Below are positions 26,520 through 39,903 of a stretch of 64,000 nt of DNA, piece by piece. The notes beneath the pieces were generated by a model. That model saw only the letters and a list, made by a program, of their open reading frames with translations, made no database searches and was not told the DNA's origin. A program made the position numbers and the translations under genes. The DNA comes from Antedon mediterranea (Eukaryota > Animalia > Echinodermata): NCBI RefSeq assembly GCF_964355755.1, contig NC_092672.1, positions 19,481,237 through 19,545,236 on the forward strand, read 5' to 3'. Position 1 is the first letter of the stretch; every line of letters starts with the position of its first letter.

Positions 26520-27829
26520 TTTATGGTGAGCAACAATGCCTGTTTTCTGTGTGGTAGAAGTAAATATGATTGCAACTTCATTTTCCTTGTACCTCCTTGT
26601 ACACACCTTGAAATTAAATTGCATAAATGAATAATTAAATATCAAAATGAATAATATTAAACATAATGTTAGTCCATCATGTACTTCATATTTCATATCA
26701 TAAAATGCTACCAGGCACTAATAATAGAATTAGAAGTCAGGCATATACAGTACAGTAGGCACATTGGTGGGCTGGTTTGTACTGTCACATCTGGACCGAA
26801 TCGTCCTGAATTCAACTAGTTATAGTAGCCTATAGGCCTTGTAAGTAACGTAATGCTAAACCTAACCTAGTGTTAATTACATGCATTTGGTGTTCAAGCT
26901 TATTTTTGGATGAACCAACCATACTTACCATCCTTTCGAAAAGTTTGAAATGTGCGCCGAGCACATGCTATCTCTCAATATTTGCTAGCGATGACCTCTA
27001 AGTGATCTGATTGTGACGCAAGATTTATCGAATGCAGCATTTGGCAACTTGCAAATAAATTAGTCTGAAAACACATTTTTTGTAAAATGTACCGTTCTAA
27101 CAACGCTTAATAAATAAAAGGAACTAAAAGGTGTCCCAGCTCAAACGGCGCTAGCGGTTTTATTATATTAGGAGAAGATGGAGTAAATAGGCTTAATTGG
27201 TTATTGATTAGGCCACATAAAACCTCCTTTTTAAAAAACTTTTTTTTTTATAAAGTTGCCAAAGAAACACCACTGAAAAGGTCATTTTTTACTTTTATAA
27301 ATTGCTAAATTGTGTGTGCGGCCAAATATTATTTGAAAGGTATTAAAACCCATTTCTAGACTGGTATTTTGTTTGGATATCGTGCATGAAACTACCCCTA
27401 CAGCATCGCAAAGAAGAATATTAATAGTTCTGAAGATTTTTTTTGTAATTATGATTTTATATAATTAGTATGTCACGGCAACATTGCCAGTGGGTTTGGT
27501 GTGTTGTTGAGGGTGGACTCAAGACAAGAATAATATACATATAAAACACTATAATATTATATGTCCAGATTATCTACAGGTGAATTATCTTCATGAGTCC
27601 ATTTCCAATTTTACGTCGAAATACAGTACTCTTTGTTCATGTCACTCCCATATTTCCACTCCATCTTATCCATAATTTCTTCGGTGATTTCTCTGATGTT
27701 TTCTAAGCTTAATCTTCTTAATCTTGGCACTTCTCTATTCTCAAGTGGCACTGTAACACAGACAAATATACCGTAGTATACAGTTCATTTACGGTACCCT
27801 ATAACATTCATTAGACCAACAATCTATTT

Positions 27830-29766
27830 GGTTATCCGCAACTTAGTTGCAGGATAACCCTTGTGATTGTAAATATCTTTTTCATCTTCTTTGTTATTCT
27901 TCTTTCTTTCCCGGATTTTTGTCTACAGCATATCCCCTATTGCTTGTGACTATATCATATATATAACTTTGTCATCATATGGACATTTACCTGAAGTTGT
28001 GCACCTCCATATTTTGAATGACGTCAGAGTTGCGCAATGTGACTTACGCGCGATTTTATGAATTTCAATGATTGATCACAGGATAAACAAGAATATTTCT
28101 TACAAAAAACGCTGCTCGCTTATTGTTATTACTAAGGTCAAGTCTGGGGGTCATTTCATCACGCCTAGATACTTCAAGTATCCTATTACAAACAAAAACT
28201 TCAATGGACTGTTTTGATAATAATTCAATGATTATCTGACAGCGAATTATATCATGGGACTCATAAATACCAGAATGCTTTGGGATTTGTCGTTAGACTC
28301 TTTTCTCAGCCGTTTTTGGATTCAACAGGTGGTACCAATAAATTATAGTGGAGTTTCCATTTTAACAAAAATGTCAAAGTGTAGTACTATAAAGCTGCTT
28401 GATTTCATCTAATGAATGAGTCATCTCGTGTGACGTAGCGGGCTAGAGCAGCAGCGTGAAAATAAAAGTAATTTTGTATTAAACACTTGGTGAAAATTTA
28501 AGTCATATCAAGGGCAAACTTTCTATGGATTAAAAATGGCATGTTTCACAAGAAGTTACGCGCGCACGCGCATTTAAAATTTCAAAATGCGCAAAATTAA
28601 TTTCTAATCAACTTTCTACGCTGATCATGACATCTACGCGTGCGAAAAAAATTACGCGTAAGGTGCGCACGGAGCATGAAAATCATGTGTTTTTCTCTTG
28701 AATTATAATTTTACAGTCTTTCCTCGTCATTTTAAAAAAGATTGACATCATTTCAAATTAAAATGACGTCATACGAACACGTTGATTTAGACCATTTGCG
28801 CGCATTTTAGTTGCAAAAGTGACAAAATATTGTCAAAATTATGCTTATTTTTAATCTATTATAGCTCTTCAGGATCAAAGGTGACCCCCAATTTTTTTTA
28901 CTTATTATGTAAGAAGATAAATTGTAGATATGAATTCATGCAGAATTTTTACCTCTCGGATGTTATGACGTCATCGTATGGCCACACGAATGTAAAATAT
29001 AGGATTTTTGTCTCTTTTGTTATTGCTCATCACATTCAACAGAGCGCATCTCGCTTATACGTATTCAATTTCCTCCGAGATTTTATTATTTTCTCTGTCA
29101 ATAAACTATCTTTCGCATGAGTTAAAAATATTTTTATTTTTATGACGTCATCATGTCTAAAAATGTAAATAACGTGGGTCACTTCTTTTCATCTTTACAG
29201 TAAACTTCTATCTGTTATAGCTCGTCAGAATAAAAAGTGACGCGCATGATTAAACTTATTATAGAAGTTGTTGAATTGTAGATATGAATTCATATACAAA
29301 TTTTGTCTATCTGATGTCATGACATTATCATATGGCCAGTTGAATTCAAAAAGTCATATTTTCAATTCTTGCGTAAAAGTTCATTGCGTTTAAACGAGAG
29401 CGCATGCCACTTTTACGTGCCCAAAATTCTTAAATTTTGTATTAATGTATTTATTTAGATAATTATCTTCTAAAACAGTTATCTTTATGTCAATTTGATG
29501 ACGTCATCGTGTTAATAATTGGATTTAAAAAATGGGTCTCGTAATTTCGTCTATGCTACACTGTATATAACATATACAGTGTATTCTGTAAATACTGTAA
29601 TATGCTGTATGCTACAAAATAGGTACAATTCAGCACTGTAAACATATTTAAATCATGTAATAGGAAGGCATAATAATTGTCGGCGTTCATATATTTTAAA
29701 CGTATGTGCATGTTGCGTTTGCGCGGATAACCCGAACTCGTCAAAGTGACGAGTTCAAATCTAGTT
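27830..29766 (+). mobile_element. Helentron-associated non-autonomous element (HINE-like)
   Basis: 5' GGTTATCCGC with a local hairpin; 3' subterminal inverted GCGGATAACC; 3' hairpin GAACTCGTCA-aag-TGACGAGTTC; ends CTAGTT; diverged internal tandem repeats. A related 5' fragment lies at 63217-63520. Confidence 0.65.
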
Positions 29767-30325
29767 TATAAATATAACTATTCTACTTACAATGCAGCCT
29801 AATTCATTACTCGTACGCAAATCCCAATTTCATTGTCTTATGGTGACAATGCTCACTCGCTTCCCGTTGTCTACAAAAAGACTGTATGCGGTACTCTGCA
29901 GTCTACACAAAACATCGTTATTCAAATAATTTGCTCATTACCATAATTATAGTGATCACCTGTTGGATTATTATTATTTTGTGACAAAGTAGTCAAATTT
30001 TGAAAATCATATTTCACAGTGTAAACTTTTTAATCAAAAATACTATGTAGAAATGTTGTCATCAGTGACTTAACTATCAATACTGTGCAACTCCTTTTCA
30101 TAATAACTGTCTCAGTTGGGTTCACTTCCAGGATTCAACATTTTTTTAAATTACTACTTTTCTGAAATATGGTGAGGGACCTGAATGATGTATCTCTACA
30201 AAACATTAAAGACCCCCACCCTGCATTGAGTAACTCTTTTAGAACAATTCTGTCTAACATTTTATAGTATGTAAATATAGGTTCCTGGCAAAGAAGCATA
30301 AAGTGGACGTAGTTGTGCAAACATG

Positions 30326-30700
30326 AGGGAGGTTTTGCGACACGGATACGTCACACCAACTTATTCGTTTTTGTAAGCCAGTACAAATCTGTTTCGAAAT
30401 ATTGAGGGCGCCATCCAAAATATGACTGCTGTAAATTTGAATGAAGCGCATGTACATGTTGTAATGGAGGTTGCCTATAGGCCTAGTATAGCGAGAGAGG
30501 ACTTTAAAAACTGCTATTTATCAAAATTGACTTGGCATTTTTACTAAATTACTTTCAATAAATTATCTATAATTATATTAAATAATCATGAATCATTTTT
30601 TATTCAATGCAAAGTGTGCAAAATAGATAAATAGATAGTTTAATAAATGTATGACCTATCCGTTTCCATTATCGTATTCGTAAGGTTGCGAAACCTCCAT
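30326..30700. mobile_element. MITE with short TIRs
   Basis: Termini AGGGAGGTTTTGCGA / TTGCGAAACCTCCAT. Confidence 0.5.
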
Positions 30701-30853
30701 ATTAGTTGGTGCCATCATATATCAACATCTTTATAGGCTATGTAGAATCTGTAGCAAAACTAGCATCGATATGACTTGCGGTTTTAATCAAATACTATAA
30801 ATGAAAATAGAGAATATTTAATCTTCTATTTTTCCTACACCCCTCTTGCTTGT

Positions 30854-30931
30854 CTTCGTTCGGCTGATCAAAACCTACTACTTGTTCCTAGAATTAACAC
30901 CAAATCTTATGGACAAAGGTCTTTTATGTTC
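30854..30931 (+). mobile_element. L2-group LINE ORF2 C-terminal fragment
   Basis: Reads LRSADQNLLLVPRINTKSYGQRSFMF, matching the LRSxxxxxLxVPRxxTKxYGxRSF motif. Confidence 0.65.
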
Positions 30932-31265
30932 TTCGTGAGGTGGTTTACAAGGGCCTATACATTTTATATTACACAGTGCCCTCACTCATCATTTATTTTA
31001 CTTAAATTCTGTTTATATTGTTAGCACTTTCAGTACCAGTGTACTGTTCAATAAAAACCCAAAAATCTGTACAAAATTTTATTTAATTTAATTTTTTTAG
31101 ACCTTTTTTACAAACGACTTTATTGAAATAGCATTTAAATTAAAAAAAACTATTACCAGCATTAAACTAGATGATGATTTCATTTCATTTTTTGGTCTAT
31201 TTCAGTATATACAAAAAAAATGAAATTTGGGAGACCAGGGTCAACCTAAGTGAACTTAATCACTG

Positions 31266-31358
31266 AGACTCTAAGCTCACTATGTCGGTCGGTAGGTCGG
31301 TCGGTAAACACTAACTCAAATTTGCACACGTGACTAAAGCCATGTATACGGCCTTGTT
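31266..31358 (+). mobile_element. Short HINE/DINE-1-like element (5' truncated)
   Basis: gactct..ctcactatg, (GTCG)n core, 3' hairpin gccatgtatacggc then cttgtt. Same family as 42095 and 55105. Confidence 0.6.
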
Positions 31359-32149
31359 AATCATCTATTTAAATAATAATAAATACAACATAGTATAAAA
31401 CTGACTCCAAATAACAATGATTCAACGTTTCAAACTTTATTTGATCACCATCAGGAATAATGATAAAATGTAAGCATTATTGTTATTATTATGGAATGCT
31501 TTATTAAATAGGTAACAGCAGTGAGCACCAGTGCTTTGCACAGTCTGTAGTATAATTAAAATGATTCCATCTTCTATCATTGTTATATTTATTCATCTTC
31601 TTCATCATTATAAGACAATAACAAAAGCAAACTCGTTTAAATATAAATCTACCCACTGTAATGTTGGTGTTGCTACAGTTTTTCATATTTTAGAACAATG
31701 ACAGATTATCAATTCTTACTTTATAGCATTCATTCAAGTATAAGCAATAATGTCAACAGTATACTACTTGAAAATCACAAAATAAAAAGATCAACTTTAA
31801 TGATTTTGTAAAGCTTAATATTTGTTAACAGAATGTCAAACTTTTATTTATCCACAAAATATCAAAGATTAAAAATAAACTTTAAAAATGTTAAAACAGT
31901 GATCGTGCCTTAAATTGCAAAGTTCAAAAGGATGAACTAAATCACCTAATAAAAACCTTAAAAGAGGCTACGAGGATGCTTGTTTTTATTGTCATTATTG
32001 AATAAATGTTATTGAATTGAAATTAAATTGAATTGAATTCACAGCCTACACATATAATAATATACAAATAATGAATGTTTATGAGTGTAATGGTACAAAT
32101 AATGGCACGAGGTCAATGATGAAAGGTTATATATCAGCGAGGCGACAGC

Positions 32150-32323
32150 GCAATGTTGTGTCTTGATCTAACCGGGTACTCATTTTATACACCTGGGTGG
32201 AGAGAGGCAAACGTAAGTAAAGTACCTTGCCTATTAGATACAAGCAATGCGGCGAGAGTTGGATTCGAACCTCGATCTCATGATCAGTAGTCGAATGTCC
32301 AACATACTGCGCCACACGCCCTC
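32150..32323 (-). mobile_element. tRNA-derived SINE with conserved central core (Meta/V-SINE type), fused to a palindromic-element fragment
   Basis: Minus strand has A box GTGGCGCAGTATG, B box GGTTCGAATCC and core GGCAAGGTACTTTAC...CCTCTCTCCACCCAGGTGTATAAAATGAGTACC. The block ~32061-32335 is absent from paralogue A1. Confidence 0.7.
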
Positions 32324-35188
32324 ACGAGGTATTATATAATATACAATAATAACAAAATATGATATTTTAATTAAGTTAAAAATGAAAAACTACAATGTGT
32401 ATTCCCTTTGCGTACTGTACACCCATTTTTTATTGTTGCAAAGTTTCATTGGATTGAATGTTAAATCGACCAAATATAAGTCCTGATAATGAACAGAACA
32501 GAGTATGCTCAGTATATTGAATAGAACAGAGTCTGCTCAGTATAATGAACAGAACAGAGTATGCTCAGTATAATGTGCATAAGCATGTGCAGATTAATAT
32601 TTTGTGTAGATTACCATATCCTTTCGTCTACCGTCCACCTTCGTCTACCGTCCTGTCATAAAGTCGCTAGTAGGTTTTATTGTAAATTCAGTGATTTCAA
32701 ATTTTAACAGCACACCACATGCAACAGCTGTACTAAATAGTAGTACTAATTATTGTCAGTATTTTCATTTCTATTGTAAATAAATAGTCAACAGATACCT
32801 CTTAGAATCAGGCTTCTGAGTCATGTCAGGCATACATTCTACTCATTCACTCTTTATCAAAATTTGGGATTTTTAAAATGCCTTTCTTAATTTCCATCAT
32901 ATATATTCATTTATGACTGACATTGACAATTTTATTCTTATAGGTTCATTCTACTGTAAAACAATAATAGTCTCTTTTTCATTACATTCAGCCTCTTACA
33001 TTAACATTCAAATTAATTCAGAATAAATACATTTGGATGATGAAGCCTAAAAAAATATAGAATAACTAAAATACAAATATATTTTTATTTTCATTATACA
33101 TTACTTATTATACTCCATTTTATAGGTATAAAACATACAGTGCTATAGTTTATAGTCAAACAGAAATAAAACTTTGTTTAATTTGGTTGCCAGCGCAATG
33201 TAGTCGCTACGCAAGTGAGTTGACCAATAACAAGCAACAGTTCGTATAATCCATCACATCGTGATTGGTCAATTTGCTTGATTTAATTTACACAAAAATT
33301 GGATAGACTACAGACAAATGGACAGACTAAATGTTGGGACAAACAAACTTATACATGCAATAATTACTCAGTAATCACCTCTGTAGTCCCATGGGTACTT
33401 TTTTACATAGTTATTGATTACAGTGCCTTAAAATATTCTTTAAATAATAATTGTGTAAATGAATTTGACCAGGACCTTACCATGCCAATCCATATCAATA
33501 CTTTGAGTTACAATTGTAGATAATATATTGATATTCATTTGTAGCTACAAGGCTTCATTATCTTAAGATTATTAGAGTATGCGTAACAGCAGTATGATCA
33601 TACACACTGTTTATATTTTGTTTGGTGTAACGAGTACAAGGGTAGGCCTATAGCTACAGCAGTAGGTCATACTCACTGTTTATATTTTGTGTGGTGTAGT
33701 AGGTACAGGGGTAGTCCTATACTAGCTACAGCAGTATGATCATAATCACTGTTTATATTGTATGGTGTAGTACGTACCGGAGTAGGCCTATAGCTACTGT
33801 CAGCAGTAGGTCATAATCACTGTTTATATTTTATGTGGTGTAGTAAGTACAGGGGTAGTCCTATACTAGCTACAGCAGTATGATCATAATCACTGTTTAT
33901 ATTGTGTGGTGTAGTAGGTACAGGGGTAGGCTTATAGCTACAGCAGTATGGTCATAATCACTTATAGGGTTGGAAATCATTCAAATATACACACTGTTTA
34001 TATTTTGTGGTGCAGTGGGTACAGTAGTATGGCTGCATCAGTGTGATCATACTCACGTAGGGCTGGAAATTAAAAGTATGGTAGTATATGTGACCTGCTT
34101 TTAGTCTAGTTGACAAAGTTATTGAACTTGATTCTTCAGTATGTAAACATTTAAATATTTGAATTAATACTAAAGATTTCTTAAAACAATAATTGCATTG
34201 CAATTGAAAATATGCTGATTTTTCTAAATGTCAGGCCTTCTATCTGATGGTTTGTACCCTCTATATAATTGTTTGGCAACTTTTTCAATTTCATTTTCTA
34301 ACTTGATACAACTAATTTTAACATTGCTCTTCTATTACTCCTTTTTAATTTTATCTAAATTGTTCACATTCCTCGAATGCATCATGTTCAAAGGAGACTT
34401 TAATACCATATAACCATAACATCTTTATTATAGGCCTATATAGAGAGTTTGTTTATAATTATACATTTTTCCCATTGCATGCATCTATACATACAGGGTA
34501 TCAAAATGACCCAATTGTACTAGGAATGTTATATGTAGTTTCAACATTATCCAACATCTTTGATCCAATATTGTGGTCAATGGGGTTGTAGTGAATATAT
34601 AGAGTCGGTTCCGAGCGTATGCGTTCTCTGGCGTATTTAAATCCACGCAACGTCCACTGACACTGACACTGAATGATTTCTCAAACAAAAAGTATACCGT
34701 ATTCAACTAAAACTTTTATTTCTTGTAACTCAGTATTAATACAACTTTCTACCAGTCTAGACCTTTCTTCTCTATACTCTATACGTCTATCTACTATCAT
34801 GTTATTTTCTCTTCTCCCCTAATATCTATAACATTTTACTACTTATACTGAACATGCAGGGGCTTCAGAGGAGGATTTTGTGGAAATTCACCACTTTTTG
34901 TATGTTTGTCTGTTTTTTGTTATTGCATGCATTCATACATATGGTGAATAAAAATGGCCACAATTAGGAAGAGCATTATGAGGTATCAAACTTTACTTGA
35001 TTGCAATTGTACTGTGTTTTAAACTATAATTGAAACTTTCCCTTGGGCAAGTACACTTACTAGTTTGAGATATACTTTTATTCAACTGTGATATATTATT
35101 GTAAAAAGATTCTTGTTGTTTTGTTATTTTCTTATTAACAAAAATATGTGCATTTTTCTAACATATGTATTTTTTAAATATTAAATAG

Positions 35189-35287
35189 AGTGGCAATACA
35201 GCATTGCATTGGGGTGCAAGATATGGTCATGTTGATGTCTGCCAAACATTGGTAGACATGGCAGCAGCAGTGGACCAACAAAATAAT
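35189..35287 (+). CDS. Ankyrin-repeat exon (one 33-aa repeat)
   Basis: Acceptor ttaaatag|AGT and donor AAT|gtaagt; 99 nt; SGNTALHWGARYGHVDVCQTLVDMAAAVDQQNN. Confidence 0.92.
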
Positions 35288-36333
35288 GTAAGTCATAAAT
35301 TAATTTTTGTAATAGCATTCATGATCAGAATCCTAAATGTTGTACTTATTCATTTTAGATTAAAATGCTTGTTCCTCAAACAGAATTGCACAAAATGCAT
35401 TCCTAAAGAATGTAATTATTTTATTACGGTATAGTGGCTACTTGTTAATACCTTCATATTTTTTCTTATTTCAAATTTTATTAAATTGTCTAATTATTCA
35501 GCATCTTAAATTTAACAAATTTACCATCAAGATAGTGTAGGCAAGTCAACATAGACCGAAAATAATTAAACAAGTTTAAAATGCTATTTTTTAGGCTATT
35601 AAAAATCTGCAGTTAATCTAGCAATCATTGGGTGGATTACTGTAATTTGGTTATTAAAATCACTTTGGTTTTGAAGTTTCTTGTTGGTATGACAACTACA
35701 ACTAATGCAACTCCTGCATTGTATCTGTCTCAGAATATCCTTGTATAATCAATCTTCTTCAAACTTTTTTTTATCATTACATTAGTAATGCTAATTTTAA
35801 TACAATTTTTTATAACGATTATAATATTATTTAATGCATTTCATGTTGGCAACAAATTTGTCACTGTGTTTATAATTTTGGTAAATTTTATTCAAACAAA
35901 ATAAGAATGCCAGTTTTGCTATAAAAAAAAAGAAATCTAAAAAATTGTCTACGGTAAATATTTAGCACATGCTCATTGAACACCAAAGATCGAATCAAGT
36001 TTTTCTTTTGGATGAAAACTCTTTCTTTTTGCTTGCTCATTAGCTATTTGTGTTAGCAATTGTGCACTATTATAACATGATATATCCATACCTTCATTCC
36101 TATCAATCAATCCTTCTGGTTGCTATGTTTCATTAGTTGAAATGAAGAAAGACCACAAAGACAAAGACATTCAAAATGCACATGCTCAAATTTCGGCAGT
36201 AACACCTATTAAGAAATAATCTTTTGGTTCACATAAATTTACTTACTGTCAATCGATAGTATTATCAGCATTCATGATACTGTGGCTATTAGTCCAGTCA
36301 AAAATCACCCACCATGGTATAAGAACGTACCCT

Positions 36334-36992
36334 AATAACATTTCATCCGTAGGTCCATATGTATATTGGTAATAACATTTCATCCGTAGGTCCTATGTAT
36401 ATTGGTAATAACATTTCATCCGTAGGTCCTATGTATATTGGTAATAACATTTCATCCGTAGGTCCTATGTATATTGGTAATAACATTTCATCCGTAGGTC
36501 CTATGTATATTGGTAATAACATTTCATCCGTAGGTCCTATGTATATTGGTAATAACATTTCATCCGTAGGTCCTATGTATATTGGTAATAACATTTCATC
36601 CGTAGGTCCTATGTATATTGGTAATAACATTTCATCCGTAGGTCCTATGTATATTGGTAATAACATTTCATCCGTAGGTCCTATGTATATTGGTAATAAC
36701 ATTTCATCCGTAGGTCCTATGTATATTGGTAATAACATTTCATCCGTAGGTCCTATGTATATTGGTAATAACATTTCATCCGTAGGTCCTATGTATATTG
36801 GTAATAACATTTCATCCGTAGGTCCTATGTATATTGGTAATAACATTTCATCTGTAGGTCCTATGTATATTGGTAATAACATTTCATCCGTAGGTCCTAT
36901 GTATATTGGTAATAACATTTCATCCGTAGGTCCTATGTATATTGGTAATAACATTTCATCCGTAGGTCCTATGTATATTGGTAATAACATTT
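36334..36992. repeat. Minisatellite, 36-bp unit, ~18 near-identical copies
   Basis: Unit taataacatttcatccgtaggtcctatgtatattgg. Only two variants seen: a 1-nt insertion in unit 1 and a C>T at ~36853. Confidence 0.97.
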
Positions 36993-39039
36993 CTTGATTT
37001 TGCGTCTGATTTTATTAGAAAATTATAGTTTTATAGCCAATTTATAGCCGCCTCATGTCGTATTATTGTGTACAGCGAATGCGCCGAAGCGTGACTGACA
37101 ATACGAGATGCCGTTACCGCCAGTTGAATAATACAATAACAAAGCTATAAAACCTACGACATTAACAGTTTATACAATAATTTAAATATAGTTTACAATA
37201 AATTATATAATAAAATACATAACATATAAAGAAAACCCAAGTATAAACTAAAATATTTACAGATATGTGTTTAAAAATGTACAAATAAAAATGGCCTTCC
37301 ATAAAATAAAGTGCGCCCTCACTCGTCATTCTTTTATTGGACTTTTATGGATTTTGTTAGTTATTGCCAATTCTCCCTTTTTTTAAGACGTGACGTAATA
37401 CATACAAATAAAGTTTGTTGGTGGAGAGTAGTCCTACAATGATAATTATTATTGGACATTTTATACACAAAAGCATCTCATAAACGATCGGTTAACCTCC
37501 ACGGCCTCAAAGTTCTCACTTGGGACGAGAAAGTAAAGCCCAGAACAAAATTTTTATATGCATTTATTTTAAATATTGTTAGAACACAGTAGTTTAATAT
37601 GTTGACTAATTCAAATGCTTATAAATAACGTTTTAAACTTAAAGATATATTGTCCCCAAAAGTGAAGATGGAAATTAATTAATTAATTAAATGTAAAATA
37701 ATAACACAGTTTCCGTCAGACATCTTCGAACTTATATAAAGAATCTTCGGGGCAGGATTACATTTTCTAAAACACGAAATTGTTCATACGATACGGATGC
37801 CAAAAATAGACAATTCAAAGAAACTCAAATAAAACTAACAATCACAAGGATAACCAATGAGAAAATATTTCAGACGGTTTTATTGTAAATTCAGTGATTT
37901 CAAATTTTAACAGCACACCACATGCAACAGCTATACTAAATAGTAGTACTAATTATTGTCAGTATTTTCATTTCTATTGTAAATAAATAGTCAACAGGTA
38001 CCTCTTAGAATCAGGCTTCTGAGTCATGTCAGGCATACATTCTACTCATTCACTCTTTATCAAAATTAGGGATTTTTAAAATGCCTTTCTTAATTTCCAT
38101 CATATATATTCATTTATGACTGACAATTTCATTCTTATAGTTTCATTCTACTGTAAAACAATAATAGTCTCTTTTTCATTACATTCAGCCTCTTACATTA
38201 ACATTCAAATTAATTCAGAATAAATACATTTGGATGATGAAGCCTAAAATAATACAGAATAACTAAAATACAAATATATTTTTATTTTCATTATGCATTA
38301 CTTATTATACTCCATTTTATAGGTATAAAACATACAGTGCTATAGTTTATAGTCAAACAGAAATAAAACTTTGTTTAATTTGGTTGCCAGCGCAATGTAG
38401 TCGCTACGCAAGTGAGTTGACCAATAACAAGCAACAGTTCGTATAATCCATCACATCGTGATTGGTCAATTTGCTTGATTTAATTTACACAAAAATTGGA
38501 TAGACTACAGACAATGGACAGACTAAATGTTGGGACAAACAAACTTATACATGCAATAATTACTCAGTAATCACCTCTGTAGTCCCATGGGTACTTTTTT
38601 ACATAGCTATTGATTACAGTGCCTTAAAATATTCTTTAAATAATAATTGTGTAAATGAATTTGACCAGGACCTTACCATGCCAATCCATATCAATACTTT
38701 GAGTTACAATTGTAGATAATATATTGATATTCATTTGTAGCTACAAGGCTTCATTATCTTAAGATTATTAGAGTATGCGTAACAGCAGTTGATCATGCGC
38801 ACTGTTTATATTTTATGTGGTGTAGTAGGTACAGGGGTAGTCCTATGCTACAGCAGTATATCATAATTACTGTTTATATTTTATGTGGTGTAGTAGGTAC
38901 AGGGGTAGGGGTTCCTATACTACAGCATTATGGTCATAATCACTGTTTATATTTTATGTGGTGTAGTAGGTACAGGGGTAGTCCTATGCTACAGCAGTAT
39001 GATCATAATCACTATAGGGCTGGAAGTCATTCAAATATA

Positions 39040-39336
39040 TAGGGTTGTAATTGTATTAAACTACTGTGGAGTAGGGAATAGGGCAAAACATCTGACCAAT
39101 TACTCAACTCCCTGACGCAAAGCTACTCCACAGTAGTTTAATACAATTACGCTGCGTACTTGGGCTCGAATCTAACCACTAGCCATCAGCGCAAGCGGTC
39201 AGAGGTATGAACGGCAGGCTAGTGATCTGGAGGTCGTGGGTTCGTCTCCCACCCAAGAACTTTTTTCGCAAGTATTCTCAAATGTACTTAGTATGAAGTA
39301 CAAATGACGTCAGAGTTGGGCAAAACATCTGAACAA
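39040..39336. mobile_element. Unclassified ~300-bp element with a tRNA-like/pol III module, internal hairpin and split direct repeat
   Basis: 13-bp flanking duplication TCATTCAAATATA (39027-39039, 39337-39349), single in the paralogues. 28-bp inverted repeat 39047-39074 / 39123-39150. B-box-like GTGGGTTCGTCTCCCAC then T6. Confidence 0.7.
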
Positions 39337-39804
39337 TCATTCAAATATACCAAATTCTATATTGTGTGGTGTCTGGTACAGGGGTATGGCTACATCAGTA
39401 TGGTCATACTCGCTTAGTGCTTATAGTATGTGACCTGATTTTAGTGAAGGTGACAAAGTCACATTCCTCAAATATGTATCATGTTCAAATAGACTTTAAT
39501 ACCATATAACCATAACATCTTTATTATTTTGTCTGTTTTTGTTATTGCATGCATCCATACATATGGGGAATAGAAAGTGACCGCAATTAGGGCGAGGCGC
39601 CTGGGGGTAATGAGGTATCAAACTGACTGATTGTACTGTGAAGTTTTAAACTATAATTGTAACAGGTATTCTGTACTTACTAGTATAAGATATGTTTTTA
39701 TTCAACTGTGATATTTTATGTAAAGGTTGTCATTTTGTTTTTTGTTTTATTATTAACAAAAATGTGCATTTCTCTAACATGTTTATTTTTTAAATGTTAA
39801 ATAG

Positions 39805-39903
39805 AATGGCGATACAGCATTGCATGTGGGTGCAGGATATGGTCATGTCGATGTCTGCCAAATGTTGGTAGACATGGCAGCAGCAGTGGACCAACAAAAT
39901 CAT
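39805..39903 (+). CDS. Ankyrin-repeat exon (one 33-aa repeat), paralogue of 35189-35287
   Basis: Acceptor ttaaatag|AAT and donor CAT|gtaagt; 99 nt; NGDTALHVGAGYGHVDVCQMLVDMAAAVDQQNH. Confidence 0.92.

Larger units (their letters stand above)
31429..35845 (+). repeat. Segmental duplicate A2 (intron + ANK exon cassette)
   Basis: Paralogous to 13118-19555 and to 37876-40482. Contains ~5 minisatellite units at 33591-33961. Confidence 0.9.

Noticed and set aside
35204-35434. 76-aa ORF as a standalone gene
   Set aside because: Only the part up to 35287 is ANK-coding; the rest is read-through past a canonical GTAAGT donor.
36343-36997. 212/215-aa ORFs on both strands
   Set aside because: Translations of the 36-bp tandem repeat; open only because the unit length is a multiple of 3 and lacks stops in those frames.
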